The notes beneath the pieces were generated by a model, which saw only the letters and a program-made list of their open reading frames with translations, did no database searches and had not been told where the DNA came from. A stretch of DNA of 19,059 nucleotides from an uncultured archaeon (GTDB taxonomy: Archaea; Asgardarchaeota; Lokiarchaeia; Sigyniarchaeales; SOKP01), in the NCBI GenBank assembly GCA_964493715.1, contig CAZBPC010000067.1, forward strand, positions 1-19,059, in the 5' to 3' direction. Positions 1-9,800 of this stretch are shown here, piece after piece. Within the stretch, counting starts at the first letter, position 1, and each line of letters opens with the position of its first letter. The translations under genes were made by a program, and so were the position numbers.

Positions 1-906
1 TTGTTCAAAACGGACATTTGGGTTCCAAGCGGGGCGATCCCACCATGCAATATCTGCATGACAATGGATTTGATATCCAAATTCTGGTAATTTGTGTTCT
101 TTCCAAAATTCGGCATATTTGCACTTTGTGATTTTCATTACAAAACGATTTGGGTTGCTTTCGACAAATTCGATTTCCTGTAATCCAAAAGATTCACTTG
201 TTTCCCAATTCTCTTCTCTTGTCAAATATTCCCATTTAGCAATATCTTTCAAATTCTCTGGATTGAGTTCATATTTCTCAAATGATGTTAGATCTTCTTT
301 TCTCCTTTCTTCTCTAGATTGTTCAGCCATTTTGAGAACCGCTGTGAAATATACATCCCACATCTCATTACCATATTTTTGATATAATTTTGGAAGAACA
401 CGTGCTAAACCTTCAACTTTTCCTTTTAAATGATATTCATTTTGTTTGATTTTGAGTTTTCGTTCATATGTTTTGATATATTCACCAACATGATTCCAAT
501 TACCTTCAAATTCTTTTAGAATTATGCTTAGACATCCCAATATTAGATGAAGCTCATTATCATCATACCTGTCTCCGATACCTGCTATGAAATCATACTT
601 ATTTTTCAGATCATTAATTATTCGAATTCGCTCATCTTGAGTTTCTGCTACATATACGTCACCTTTAGGAAAGCCTTCTTTATTCAACCATTCTTTAGTC
701 GCTTGAATAGTGAAATTGGGTCTTGCTCCTAGATAAATGATGTTATATCGTTTTGCTAATTCATTAATAGTTTTTACACTATTAGGAACAGCTTTATCCT
801 TGAGAATTTCCTCTTTTTTATTGAATTCATTAGGGGAATTAATAAGAGAGTGCCTATGCCGCGTATCACAAATCGTACCATCAATAAAAATTAGAATTGA
901 TTTCAT
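1..906 (-). CDS. Partial (3' end outside window) fusion: degenerate HAD-like domain + L-2-amino-thiazoline-4-carboxylate (ATC) hydrolase-like / V4R-related domain
   Basis: Not in the ORF track. My manual translation from ATG at 906-904 is open for 302 codons: MKSILIFIDGTICDTRHRH...IIYLGARP...TKEWLNKEGFPKG...IAGIGDRYDD (HAD-like motifs I, II, IV), then MKITKCKYAEFWKEHKLPEFGYQIHCHADIAWWDRPAWNPNVRFEQ, the C-x-Y-A...G-Y-x-x-x-C-x-x-D...NP pattern of the ATC hydrolase family. Confidence 0.8.
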   Translation of the reverse strand, partial: MKSILIFIDGTICDTRHRHSLINSPNEFNKKEEILKDKAVPNSVKTINELAKRYNIIYLGARPNFTIQATKEWLNKEGFPKGDVYVAETQDERIRIINDLKNKYDFIAGIGDRYDDNELHLILGCLSIILKEFEGNWNHVGEYIKTYERKLKIKQNEYHLKGKVEGLARVLPKLYQKYGNEMWDVYFTAVLKMAEQSREERRKEDLTSFEKYELNPENLKDIAKWEYLTREENWETSESFGLQEIEFVESNPNRFVMKITKCKYAEFWKEHKLPEFGYQIHCHADIAWWDRPAWNPNVRFEQ

Positions 907-1020
907 ATTGTCCCACAATTTTCAAATATTGAATTTAAAAGAAAGTGTTTTTTAAATGATAATTCTTGAGTTATTAATTTTTAAATTGATTCGCAAACCT
1001 TAAAAATGTAAGGTGTAAAT

Positions 1021-1028
1021 ATTATAAA
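1021..1028 (+). promoter_or_regulatory. Possible archaeal TATA box (ATTATAAA) for the CoA-transferase/GNAT gene
   Basis: Lies about 34-41 nt upstream of ATG 1062 in the divergent intergenic region, after a purine-rich stretch. Weak because the background is AT-rich. Confidence 0.3.
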
Positions 1029-1061
1029 ATAAGGTACTAACTAGTAATAATAGTGATTTAT

Positions 1062-2948
1062 ATGGAAGATTGGAGAGAGAAGTGGAAGGAAAAAGAGATA
1101 ACAGCAAAGGAAGCCATAAGCAAAATCATACCAGGAAACCGCGTGTTCATCCATTCGGCTTGTTCTGAACCCCAGGCATTAACTACAGAATTAATTCATG
1201 CTTCTGAGCAATTATATGACACTGAGATCATCCATTTTCTTACAATCTTCCCAGAAAAGTATTTTACAGATAAAGCAGAAGATTTATTTCGACACAATGC
1301 TTTCTTTATCGGTAAAACATTACGAGAAGAGATAAATAAGGGTCAAGCAGACTACACGCCGATCTTGGCAAGCGAAATCCCTTCTCTTTTTTTATCTGGA
1401 AGAAAAAATTGCGATGTAGCTCTTATCCAAGTTACTCCTCCTGATAAATACGGTTTCTGTTCTTTTGGAATAAACGTGGATATGGCAAAACCGATTGCTC
1501 AATCTGCTTATTTGACCATCGCAGAAATTAACCCGCAAATGCCTCGCACTTTAGGAAATAGTTTTATCCACATGAAAGAGATAAAATATTTTGTGTATAA
1601 TGATGTTCCGTTACTGGAATTCAATTTTAAGGATAAAGTTGATAATGTGGAACAAATAGGAAAGAAAGTAGCGAATCTAATTGAGAACAAATCCACTATC
1701 CACATCGGAAACGGATATTTACCAAATGCCTGTCTGAAATATTTAATGAATAAAAAGGATCTGGGAATACATAGCCATTATATTACAGATAATATCATTC
1801 CTCTTATAGAAGGAGGGGTTCTAACCTGTAGGAAGAAAAATTTTCATCCGGAAAAGATATTAACAAGCATGGCATTAGGTACAAAGAAACTTTATGAGTT
1901 TGTAAATAATAATCCTTTCATTGAATTTTATCCAACTGATTACGTATGTAATCCTAAATATATTGGCATGAATAAAAAAATGGTTTCTATCAATCAAGCT
2001 TTGCAAATTGATCTCACGGGACAAGTAAATACATCCTCAAAAGGGTATAATTTTTATTCTGGTATAGGAGATACCGTGGATTTCATGCGAGGAGCAGCTT
2101 TTTCGAAAGGAGGGAAGCCAATTATTGTTTTACCTTCGACGAGAAAAAGCGATACAATATCTACCATTGTCCCTCATTTGGATGAAGGTGCAGGAGTTAT
2201 TTTATCAAGAGCAGACATTCATTATGTAGTGACAGAATGGGGCGTTGCTTATTTACACGGAAAAACAATTAGAGAACGAGTTTTAGAGCTCATTTGCATT
2301 GCTCATCCTAAATTTAGACAATCATTATTAGATGAAGCCAAAAAACTTAACTATATTTTTTCTGATCAAATGCTTGCTTGTGATGAAGATGGACGTATTT
2401 GTTTGTATCCCTCTAAATATGAAACGTATTATTCTGTTTTAGGAGGAGAAAAACTAAATATACGTCCCGTAAAAACTACCGATGAACCACTTCTAAAAGA
2501 GCTCTATTATTCTTTAAATGAAAAGGATAGATATTTGCGATTTTTCGAAGTGAGAAAAGAATTTACCCATTCTAAGACCCAAAATGAGGTTAATATAGAT
2601 TACTTTAACATTTTTTCTATTGGAGCTTTTAAGGGTGAAATTGGACGGGAAGAGATGGTTGGGAATGCCACGTATTACTTGAATCCAGCTAATAATATGG
2701 CGGAATATAGTTTCTTAGTAAGAGAGGATTATCGAGGAAAAGGGTTAGGATCCTTTCTATACCATCATCTAATAATCATCGCCAAAGAAAATGGAATAAA
2801 AGGATTTTATGGAAATATCCACATCCAAAACAAGAATACTGTTCAGATTATCCGTAAAGGAGGATATACTAAAATAACTCCTCCAGAAGCAGGAGAAAAA
2901 GAGCTTTTTTATGAAGTATTTTTTGATAAAGATAATTCAATTGATTGA
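1062..2948 (+). CDS. Acetyl-CoA hydrolase/4-hydroxybutyrate CoA-transferase-like domain fused to a C-terminal GNAT acetyltransferase
   Basis: DVALIQVTPPDKYGFCSFG, AEINPQMPRTLG, SINQALQIDLTGQV, DFMRGAAFSKGGKPII and HYVVTEWGVAYLHGKTIRER are family I CoA-transferase motifs. The C-terminus has IRP...DRYLRFF and the GNAT acetyl-CoA motif VREDYRGKGLG. ATG 1062 preferred over GTG 1053. Confidence 0.9.
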   Translation: MEDWREKWKEKEITAKEAISKIIPGNRVFIHSACSEPQALTTELIHASEQLYDTEIIHFLTIFPEKYFTDKAEDLFRHNAFFIGKTLREEINKGQADYTPILASEIPSLFLSGRKNCDVALIQVTPPDKYGFCSFGINVDMAKPIAQSAYLTIAEINPQMPRTLGNSFIHMKEIKYFVYNDVPLLEFNFKDKVDNVEQIGKKVANLIENKSTIHIGNGYLPNACLKYLMNKKDLGIHSHYITDNIIPLIEGGVLTCRKKNFHPEKILTSMALGTKKLYEFVNNNPFIEFYPTDYVCNPKYIGMNKKMVSINQALQIDLTGQVNTSSKGYNFYSGIGDTVDFMRGAAFSKGGKPIIVLPSTRKSDTISTIVPHLDEGAGVILSRADIHYVVTEWGVAYLHGKTIRERVLELICIAHPKFRQSLLDEAKKLNYIFSDQMLACDEDGRICLYPSKYETYYSVLGGEKLNIRPVKTTDEPLLKELYYSLNEKDRYLRFFEVRKEFTHSKTQNEVNIDYFNIFSIGAFKGEIGREEMVGNATYYLNPANNMAEYSFLVREDYRGKGLGSFLYHHLIIIAKENGIKGFYGNIHIQNKNTVQIIRKGGYTKITPPEAGEKELFYEVFFDKDNSID

Positions 2949-2997
2949 CCATTCGAAATTTTTATCTTAATTCATTAATTATAAATCAAGTTCACAA

Positions 2998-3792
2998 ATG
3001 AAATTTAAGTATACGGATTATCACGTTCATACAAATTGGAGCTTGGATATTGTAGAGAACGGCCCTAAGTTTGAGGATTATATCGCAGTTGCAGAAGAAA
3101 ATCGAATTAATGTTTGCTTTTTAGATCATTATGAGTTATATTATTTAGAGAAAGACAAAAAGACTCCCTTTTATGATGAAAACATATATAATTATCTAGA
3201 AGAGATTGATACCTTAAAAGAAACATATAATTGTATATTATCGGGTTTAGAAGTTGATTATTATCCCGAAAAGGAAACTCAATTACGTGAATTCATGGAT
3301 GATAATGCACGAGAGATTGATTTCATAGCAGGAACAATACATGAATGGATCCCTAATTATCCAATCACTTTGAGGGACAAGATAATTGAATTATTAGAAA
3401 AACTTCCCATGAAACAAATTATAGATGAGTATTTTGATGTAAGTGAGAGTTTAATTAAATCAAAAATATTCAAAAATATTTGCCACATCGATACAGTATT
3501 CCGGTACATCAATGAAAATGATATCGTTCCAGAGGATGATTGTGATGTATCAGATGATCGAGTTTTAGAACTAGGGCGATTATGTATAGAAAATGACATT
3601 AAAATAGAATACAATTTATCAGGTCGTACATATCCAATTAAACGGCCTTTTCCATCGAGAGAGGTTATTTCTACATTAAGAGAAGAAGGTGGAAAAGTGT
3701 TTGTTGGCTCGGATTCCCATTCTATAAATTCGTTTGAAAAATCTATTCCTGAACTAAAGAAAGCTTATGAATTCCTTTCTATCATTAAATAA
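2998..3792 (+). CDS. PHP-domain phosphoesterase, histidinol-phosphatase HisJ/HisK-like family
   Basis: PHP metal ligands are present: DYHVHT, LDH, GLEVDY, GTIH, CHID, IEYN, GSDSH. Substrate not established. Confidence 0.85.
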   Translation: MKFKYTDYHVHTNWSLDIVENGPKFEDYIAVAEENRINVCFLDHYELYYLEKDKKTPFYDENIYNYLEEIDTLKETYNCILSGLEVDYYPEKETQLREFMDDNAREIDFIAGTIHEWIPNYPITLRDKIIELLEKLPMKQIIDEYFDVSESLIKSKIFKNICHIDTVFRYINENDIVPEDDCDVSDDRVLELGRLCIENDIKIEYNLSGRTYPIKRPFPSREVISTLREEGGKVFVGSDSHSINSFEKSIPELKKAYEFLSIIK

Positions 3793-3813
3793 TTTAAAAA
3801 GAATGTACCTGAT

Positions 3814-4542
3814 ATGAAATTTAAAGAACTCTTGATGCGTATCAACGAATGGGATCAAAGAATTATTTTGAAATACAACGGTGTTGGTGGTAAATTTTTT
3901 ACATACTTCTTACGATTCCTTTCCTTTCTTGGAAGGGAGACTATATGGATGTGCCTTATCACTTTTTATTTTTTCATCTGGTATGATCCACGCATTTTTT
4001 CTTATATATCAACGACTTTTCTTATTGGAGTTTTATCAATCGCTCCTATCAAAAAAAGAATGGCAAGAGCAAGACCTTTTGAAGTTATGAGTGATGTAAA
4101 AATTCTGGAACCCAAACCCACTTCAAGGAGTTTCCCTTCTTGGCACGCTTATAATGTGATCTCTCAAGGTTTGCTATTCTCATATTTATTTCACTCGCTC
4201 TATCTCACCATTATTTTTATAGCGATATCCTTGCTTGTCTCATTTTCTAGGGTACAATTAGGTGCTCATTATCCAAGTGATGTTATTGTTGGTTTTTGTA
4301 TGGGTATAATTGGTTTTTATATAGCAGCATTAGTATTTACTCCAATTATGGTAAACTTCATTTTATTTTTTGAACAGTTTGCCATTCTCGAGATACATTA
4401 TCAAACAATTAGTCCTCATTTATTAGATAACCTTTTGTACAGTCTTTCAGTTTTTGCGATATTCTTAATAATATTCCTAATTGCATTCCATAAAAGAATT
4501 AAAGATATGTTTACCATTAAAGGAAAATCAAAAAAAAATTAA
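3814..4542 (+). CDS. PAP2-family membrane phosphatase (lipid/polyprenyl phosphate phosphatase-like)
   Basis: C1 KKRMARARP, C2 SFPSWH, C3 SRVQLGAHYPSD, plus several hydrophobic helices. Confidence 0.9.
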   Translation: MKFKELLMRINEWDQRIILKYNGVGGKFFTYFLRFLSFLGRETIWMCLITFYFFIWYDPRIFSYISTTFLIGVLSIAPIKKRMARARPFEVMSDVKILEPKPTSRSFPSWHAYNVISQGLLFSYLFHSLYLTIIFIAISLLVSFSRVQLGAHYPSDVIVGFCMGIIGFYIAALVFTPIMVNFILFFEQFAILEIHYQTISPHLLDNLLYSLSVFAIFLIIFLIAFHKRIKDMFTIKGKSKKN

Positions 4543-4546
4543 AGGT

Positions 4547-5776
4547 TCAGAAATTGAACTTCTTCTTCTTTTGAAAAAGTTCTTTTAGTTCATCTAATAC
4601 TTGTAACCTTGAATTCCCAGGACTAGGATTTTGAATTGATATCGGAGTCCCACTTTGGGCGATTTGAAAGGCACCACTCTCAATTGCTCTTAATCGACTA
4701 TCAAGGTTATTTAATTGTTTTGAAATGCTTTCAGATAAGCGGATTACGGCATTCATCGTTTCTTCGAGTGTTTTTCCAAGACCTTCAACTTTCTTGAGGG
4801 TGGGATTTGTGAGAGATTCAGTTGATCTCATGACATCTTTTATATATCTTGAAAATTGAGGTTCATTTGTGATTAGAGAGAATACAGATGTTAAATAAGC
4901 CTCATAATCAAATCCATACTGAGTTAGTAAGAGGTTTAAATTATCTTTTAATAATTCTATATTAAGTAAAATTTCTTGGTCTCCTTTAATGTCTGGATCA
5001 TACTTATGGATATAGACCATCACAAAGGGATTCTCTTCTAAAATATTGAATATTTCTAAAACTTCCTCAAAATATTCAAAGGATTCAGTATATCGTTCAG
5101 TATCTTGAACGTCTATAACATAAATGAGTAAATCAGTTTCTAGGAAATAACTTTCAGGATTTTTTAAATACTTGCTTCGATACTGATATTGACCTCCTAA
5201 ATCCCAAATGAAAAGATCAACGTCAGAATCTTCCAGTTCAATGTGTTTTCTGTCTACTCCTTTAGTAGGAGGTAAAGCGGTTAATTCTCCAATTCCTAAG
5301 CGTCCCCCAAATTGAGATAGGATTGCTGTTTTTCCAGCATTATCCAATCCGATCACTACTACCTTTTGGGACTCACCTTTAAGATTATCTTGACTCTCTC
5401 TGAATGAACTAATTATTGAACTAACTGTAATAGCTTTTTTAAGATCTTTTTCGATATCAGGATATTTTTCTATAAGTTCTTCAAGTTTTTCATCTAATTG
5501 TTCCTGTAATTCTGCAGCTTTTATCGGATCAGTTGTACTTTCAGCCTTTTTTAACATATCAAATGGATAATCCCTATCTAATTTGGAAGCACTTTCAATA
5601 TCATTGATATCCAATAATTCCTTTAAGACCTTCGCTGTATTTTTATCCAAAAACTTGTAGGAGTATATAGGTAACTTTAAAACATCCTCAATTGTCTTTA
5701 ATTTTGAAATTTTGATAGTATTTTGATCCAAGAATTTACTAATAGTACTAATTATCCGTGTTATATCGACTTCCAT
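4547..5776 (-). CDS. Multidomain Arf/Rag-like small GTPase (N-terminal helical extension, C-terminal coiled coil)
   Basis: G1 GLDNAGKT, G2 PTKG, G3 WDLGGQ, LIYVIDVQD, G4 HKYD, G5 TSV. About 135-aa N-terminal and 105-aa C-terminal extensions. Confidence 0.9.
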   Translation of the reverse strand: MEVDITRIISTISKFLDQNTIKISKLKTIEDVLKLPIYSYKFLDKNTAKVLKELLDINDIESASKLDRDYPFDMLKKAESTTDPIKAAELQEQLDEKLEELIEKYPDIEKDLKKAITVSSIISSFRESQDNLKGESQKVVVIGLDNAGKTAILSQFGGRLGIGELTALPPTKGVDRKHIELEDSDVDLFIWDLGGQYQYRSKYLKNPESYFLETDLLIYVIDVQDTERYTESFEYFEEVLEIFNILEENPFVMVYIHKYDPDIKGDQEILLNIELLKDNLNLLLTQYGFDYEAYLTSVFSLITNEPQFSRYIKDVMRSTESLTNPTLKKVEGLGKTLEETMNAVIRLSESISKQLNNLDSRLRAIESGAFQIAQSGTPISIQNPSPGNSRLQVLDELKELFQKKKKFNF

Positions 5777-5954
5777 GATAATAATGTTAATGATTCAATT
5801 TTTATTATATTTTTTAGATACTAGTTAAATAGATTAAGATATAAATTTTCACTACCTTTGGAAATTTTGATTAAGATTTAAATAGTATATTTATTTTAAA
5901 TACAATAATAAAGGTGAAAAACCCCAATAAGATTTTCTTTTCAGTTTTTAGCGT

Positions 5955-6875
5955 ATGCCATCAAATTTAGACGACCATGACTTCTTTGAGGATGATGAGG
6001 AAGCGTCTTGTTGTGATAATCCAAAAATGAGTGAGGAGGATGGATTTTACGTATGCTTGAATTGTGGTTTTGTCTATAGTAGGATATTAGATGATTCCCC
6101 TCGAAGAGCTTTTACGCAAGAGGAAATTCAGAAGCGTAAAAGTAATGAGAGGGTTTATAGTCCAATAGGTCCTCGTACGATTATCCGAGGAAGTCGAGAT
6201 GCACGTGGGACATTACTCAGTCCAAAATATAAATCAAAATTTAATAGACTCGCTAAAATTCACAGATCATTAACAACCAGCTATGAGCGGAACTTGTGGA
6301 TTGCATTACCTAATTTACAAAGATTACAGAAAAGACTCGGTATTCCTGATACAGTAGCCGAAGACGCACTTCGAATATATACTCAAACAGTAAAGAAAAA
6401 GTTAACGATGGGTAGGAGTATTGATACTCTATTAGCAGCTTCCATATTTTGTGCTTTAAGAGTTCATGGTATACCCAGAACCGTTGAAGAGATTACTAAG
6501 GTCGCTCAAATTCCAAAAAAGAAAGTCACTAAAAGTTATCGTTTGATCTTGATGGAGGTTCTTCCCAACCTTAATTTAAAGGTACAACATTTCACAGCGG
6601 ATAGATACGTAGATAAATTCTATGATGAGTTGAAGTTATCAATGAAATGCAGAAATATCTCAGTGAAATTAATAGAAATAGCGAATCAACAAGGATTTAA
6701 CTCAGCAGGAAAAGACCCAAAGGGAATTGCTGCTGCTTCTATATACATTGGTTCAAAATTATGTAATGAAAATCGTACTCAAAAAGAGATAAGTTATCTC
6801 GCACGAGTTACAGAGGTAACTTTGAGAATGCGTGTAAAAGATCTCATGAAATATGTTGATATGATTGAACAATAA
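5955..6875 (+). CDS. tfb: Transcription initiation factor IIB (TFB) family protein
   Basis: Zn ribbon CCDNP...VCLNCG, RAFT reader segment, ERNL linker, cyclin repeats GRSIDTLLAASIF..PRT and GKDPKGIAAASIY..RTQKEIS..VTEVTLRMR. Confidence 0.93.
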   Translation: MPSNLDDHDFFEDDEEASCCDNPKMSEEDGFYVCLNCGFVYSRILDDSPRRAFTQEEIQKRKSNERVYSPIGPRTIIRGSRDARGTLLSPKYKSKFNRLAKIHRSLTTSYERNLWIALPNLQRLQKRLGIPDTVAEDALRIYTQTVKKKLTMGRSIDTLLAASIFCALRVHGIPRTVEEITKVAQIPKKKVTKSYRLILMEVLPNLNLKVQHFTADRYVDKFYDELKLSMKCRNISVKLIEIANQQGFNSAGKDPKGIAAASIYIGSKLCNENRTQKEISYLARVTEVTLRMRVKDLMKYVDMIEQ

Positions 6876-6876
6876 A

Positions 6877-9800
6877 TTAATTATCAAATTCAATCAGAAT
6901 TTTCTCTTCTTCAAGAAGGGGAAGATATTCTAACATTTCTTTGATTTTAGGGAAATATTTCTTTTCCATATTGTTTGATTTCACTTTAATGATAAATTGT
7001 AAACATCTTATATGAAAGGTGTCCTCTACTAATTTTCTATTCAATCCTAATAATTTTAAAAAATCATCCAAATTTTTTTGAATGTTAATTAACGATTCTT
7101 TAGCTTTCATTAGCGCTAAACCGTGCAATAAAATCATAAGAGATGCGGTACCAAAATCACTTTTATTAGTAAATGCGTCAGAAAGTTCAAAATATTTTTG
7201 TCCAGCAGCTTTTAAGTACCCTTCCTTCAAATAGGATAGAATTGGATTATAATATATTCTTTTCATAGCTTTGCGCTTATTTAATTGGCTAGGTTTATCA
7301 TTTCGAATATCACTAACCTTCTGTTGAAGAATTGCATAATCTTGATTAAATGTGATAACTAAAATATTTTGATCTCCAATTTCGCTTCTAGATCTTGATA
7401 ATGATTCGTTTTTAGTTTGATCGATAATTTCTTCTGGTAAGATGGATTCAAGAAGATTTCTCTCAGGTTCAAATAAGATTAATTTATCAATTAGGAGATT
7501 TAATGTAAATTGGGTTAATTCTGAAGATTTCTTATCAAATACTTGAAAAATGAAAGGGATTAATTTAATTTCTGGAAGTTCCTGAACATTCTTATCATAT
7601 TTCATCAATTTTTTAAGATTGTCTTGAAATTTGCTTTTTGCTAGTAGAGGATCTTTAATTTTTAAATTGATAAAAGTACCAATGATTAGGCTTAGAGCCG
7701 CCTCTTTGATATATTTCTTCTCAGCAAGTTTCGGTATTGCATCAAAATATATTATGGAAGCATTATTATATTTCTTGTTAGTAAGGTCTTCTAAAGCTAA
7801 TCTCCAATATTGATTTTTTATTAACCTTCTATTGGCTTCATCTTTTGATTCTTTTTTAATCGTAGTAGTATATAACCTAATGATTTCTTTGATTTCTTCC
7901 ACATTTTCAGTCATCTTTTCAAAATCAAGATTTGAATATAAGAACTTTAAAGCTTGTATTTCTTCATCAAATAATGGTAAATTATTTATGATTTGGATTG
8001 ATTTTTCAAAGCTTTCTTGGTCCTGGTATATTTTAACATCAACAAGATATTCTGCTAATGCGATAGAAAATGGTTCTATGTTATCAAATCCAGCCAATTT
8101 TTTTTTTGTATTTTCTAATAATTTTTGACTTTCCTGAATTTTATCTTGATATAATAAAAGAATTATAGCTAGCACCAAAGAAATTCCAGCAAAATTATAT
8201 TCCTTGTAATTTATTAATCTATCAATTGTAAGCATGTAACTTTGGATTGAGCTATTCCATTCTTTTTTTGATAAATTGTCAAGGGTATTAGTATATATAC
8301 GTTTACGCCCTATTCTTTGTGTTAATTCACTTTTTTTGCCATGTGATGCATCCCGAGCCATTTTTTGGATGATGAAGGCTTGTTCCTTTAATTCTTTAAT
8401 TTTATCTTCTTCAACTATTTTTTTCAGATCAACTGCTCTCACAGAGGATTCTGCTATTTCAATCTCCTTGTTTAATTCTGATTTTAGCATCTTGTTAAAA
8501 ATAAGATCATTTAAAGCATGTGCTGAAGAGAAATCTTTAGATTGTATGTAAAAGTGCACATTTTTCTCATAGATTTCATCAAAATTAATTTTTTCTTCTT
8601 CGAGATAAGCTGAGGAAATAATTTTTGCTTTTTTCACTAAAAGTAACGCTTTTTGGATTCCTTTATGGTCTTCTTGGGTAGTTACAATCCGAAGAGCTTC
8701 TTTTTTAATAATTTTTATGAAAAGTCTACTGATTTCTTTAGCTTGTTCATAGAGCATTTGATCCCTGTAAAGCGCTAAAAAATTTTCAAAATTAGTCTCA
8801 TCTTGATTATAATTTGCCTCACTACTTTTTTCATCTAATTTGTTTTTGATGGATGGTTCATTTTTAATGAGATATTCATTCTTTGCACTCTTAGATATCA
8901 TTTCGAAAAAGTCAAAAAATTGTTGAAATTCCTTGCCTTCAAGCAATATATCAAGAGCTCTCATCAAAATATCATCTCTTGCTTCATCCTTCCCTATTTG
9001 TCTATAAAACATCGCTTGTTCATATAATTTATTTGCCGAATTAGAAAATTGACCCATCTGAACATATTTCTCGGCATTTATTAGTATTTTCTCATTTAAC
9101 TTAATTATTATCTTTTTTTCTTCGATAACAAATTCATAGACCATATCAAGTCCTTTTTGTATTAATTCTACAGATTCTTTCTTTTTTAGCTCCTTATTCT
9201 GATCTTCCACCTTAGAACTTAACTCAGTCATTTTTTTTTTCAATGAACGCGAGTTTAGTTTGTTCGTTAGTAACATTGATGTTCCAAAATCTCCATCATC
9301 TAAAAATAGTGAAATTAAATCCACCATTTCATTATCAATATCTGTCTTCTCCACATCATAAGATTCCCAGAGATTTTCAATTTCATCATAGCTTTGTTTC
9401 CCAGCATACTTATCTTTTTCTTTATTCTGAATTTTTAACATGGATATTATTACAAACTCAAGTTTTTTAGTAATTTTTTTAAGAATTTCAAATAAATCTT
9501 CTCTTTGGTAAATAGCAATGGTTTTATACAATTGATCTCGTGCTGCGTAATAATTTTTATTTCTCACTAAGAAATCTACCATGGATTCAATTTTACCATC
9601 AATCTCATTTAAGATTTGTATTGCTACTTTATGATCTAGGTTATAAAGAATCTTAAAAGCATTTTCTACTTTACAAGCAGATATCCAGGAATATATAGCT
9701 AATTTGAATGCTTCATTTTTAAGTTCTTCATCTTTTAATTCATTTGCAACCCATTGCGCTGTTGCTTCATACTTTTTTGCTGCCTGATCGTATTCGCGCT

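Noticed and set aside
92-955. Three short + strand ORFs (92-382, 547-732, 737-955)
   Set aside because: Antisense shadows of the motif-bearing minus-strand gene at 1-906.
9231-9240. T10 homopolymer as a phase-variation or frameshift site
   Set aside because: Encodes in-frame LKKKM on the minus strand and is expected at this AT content.
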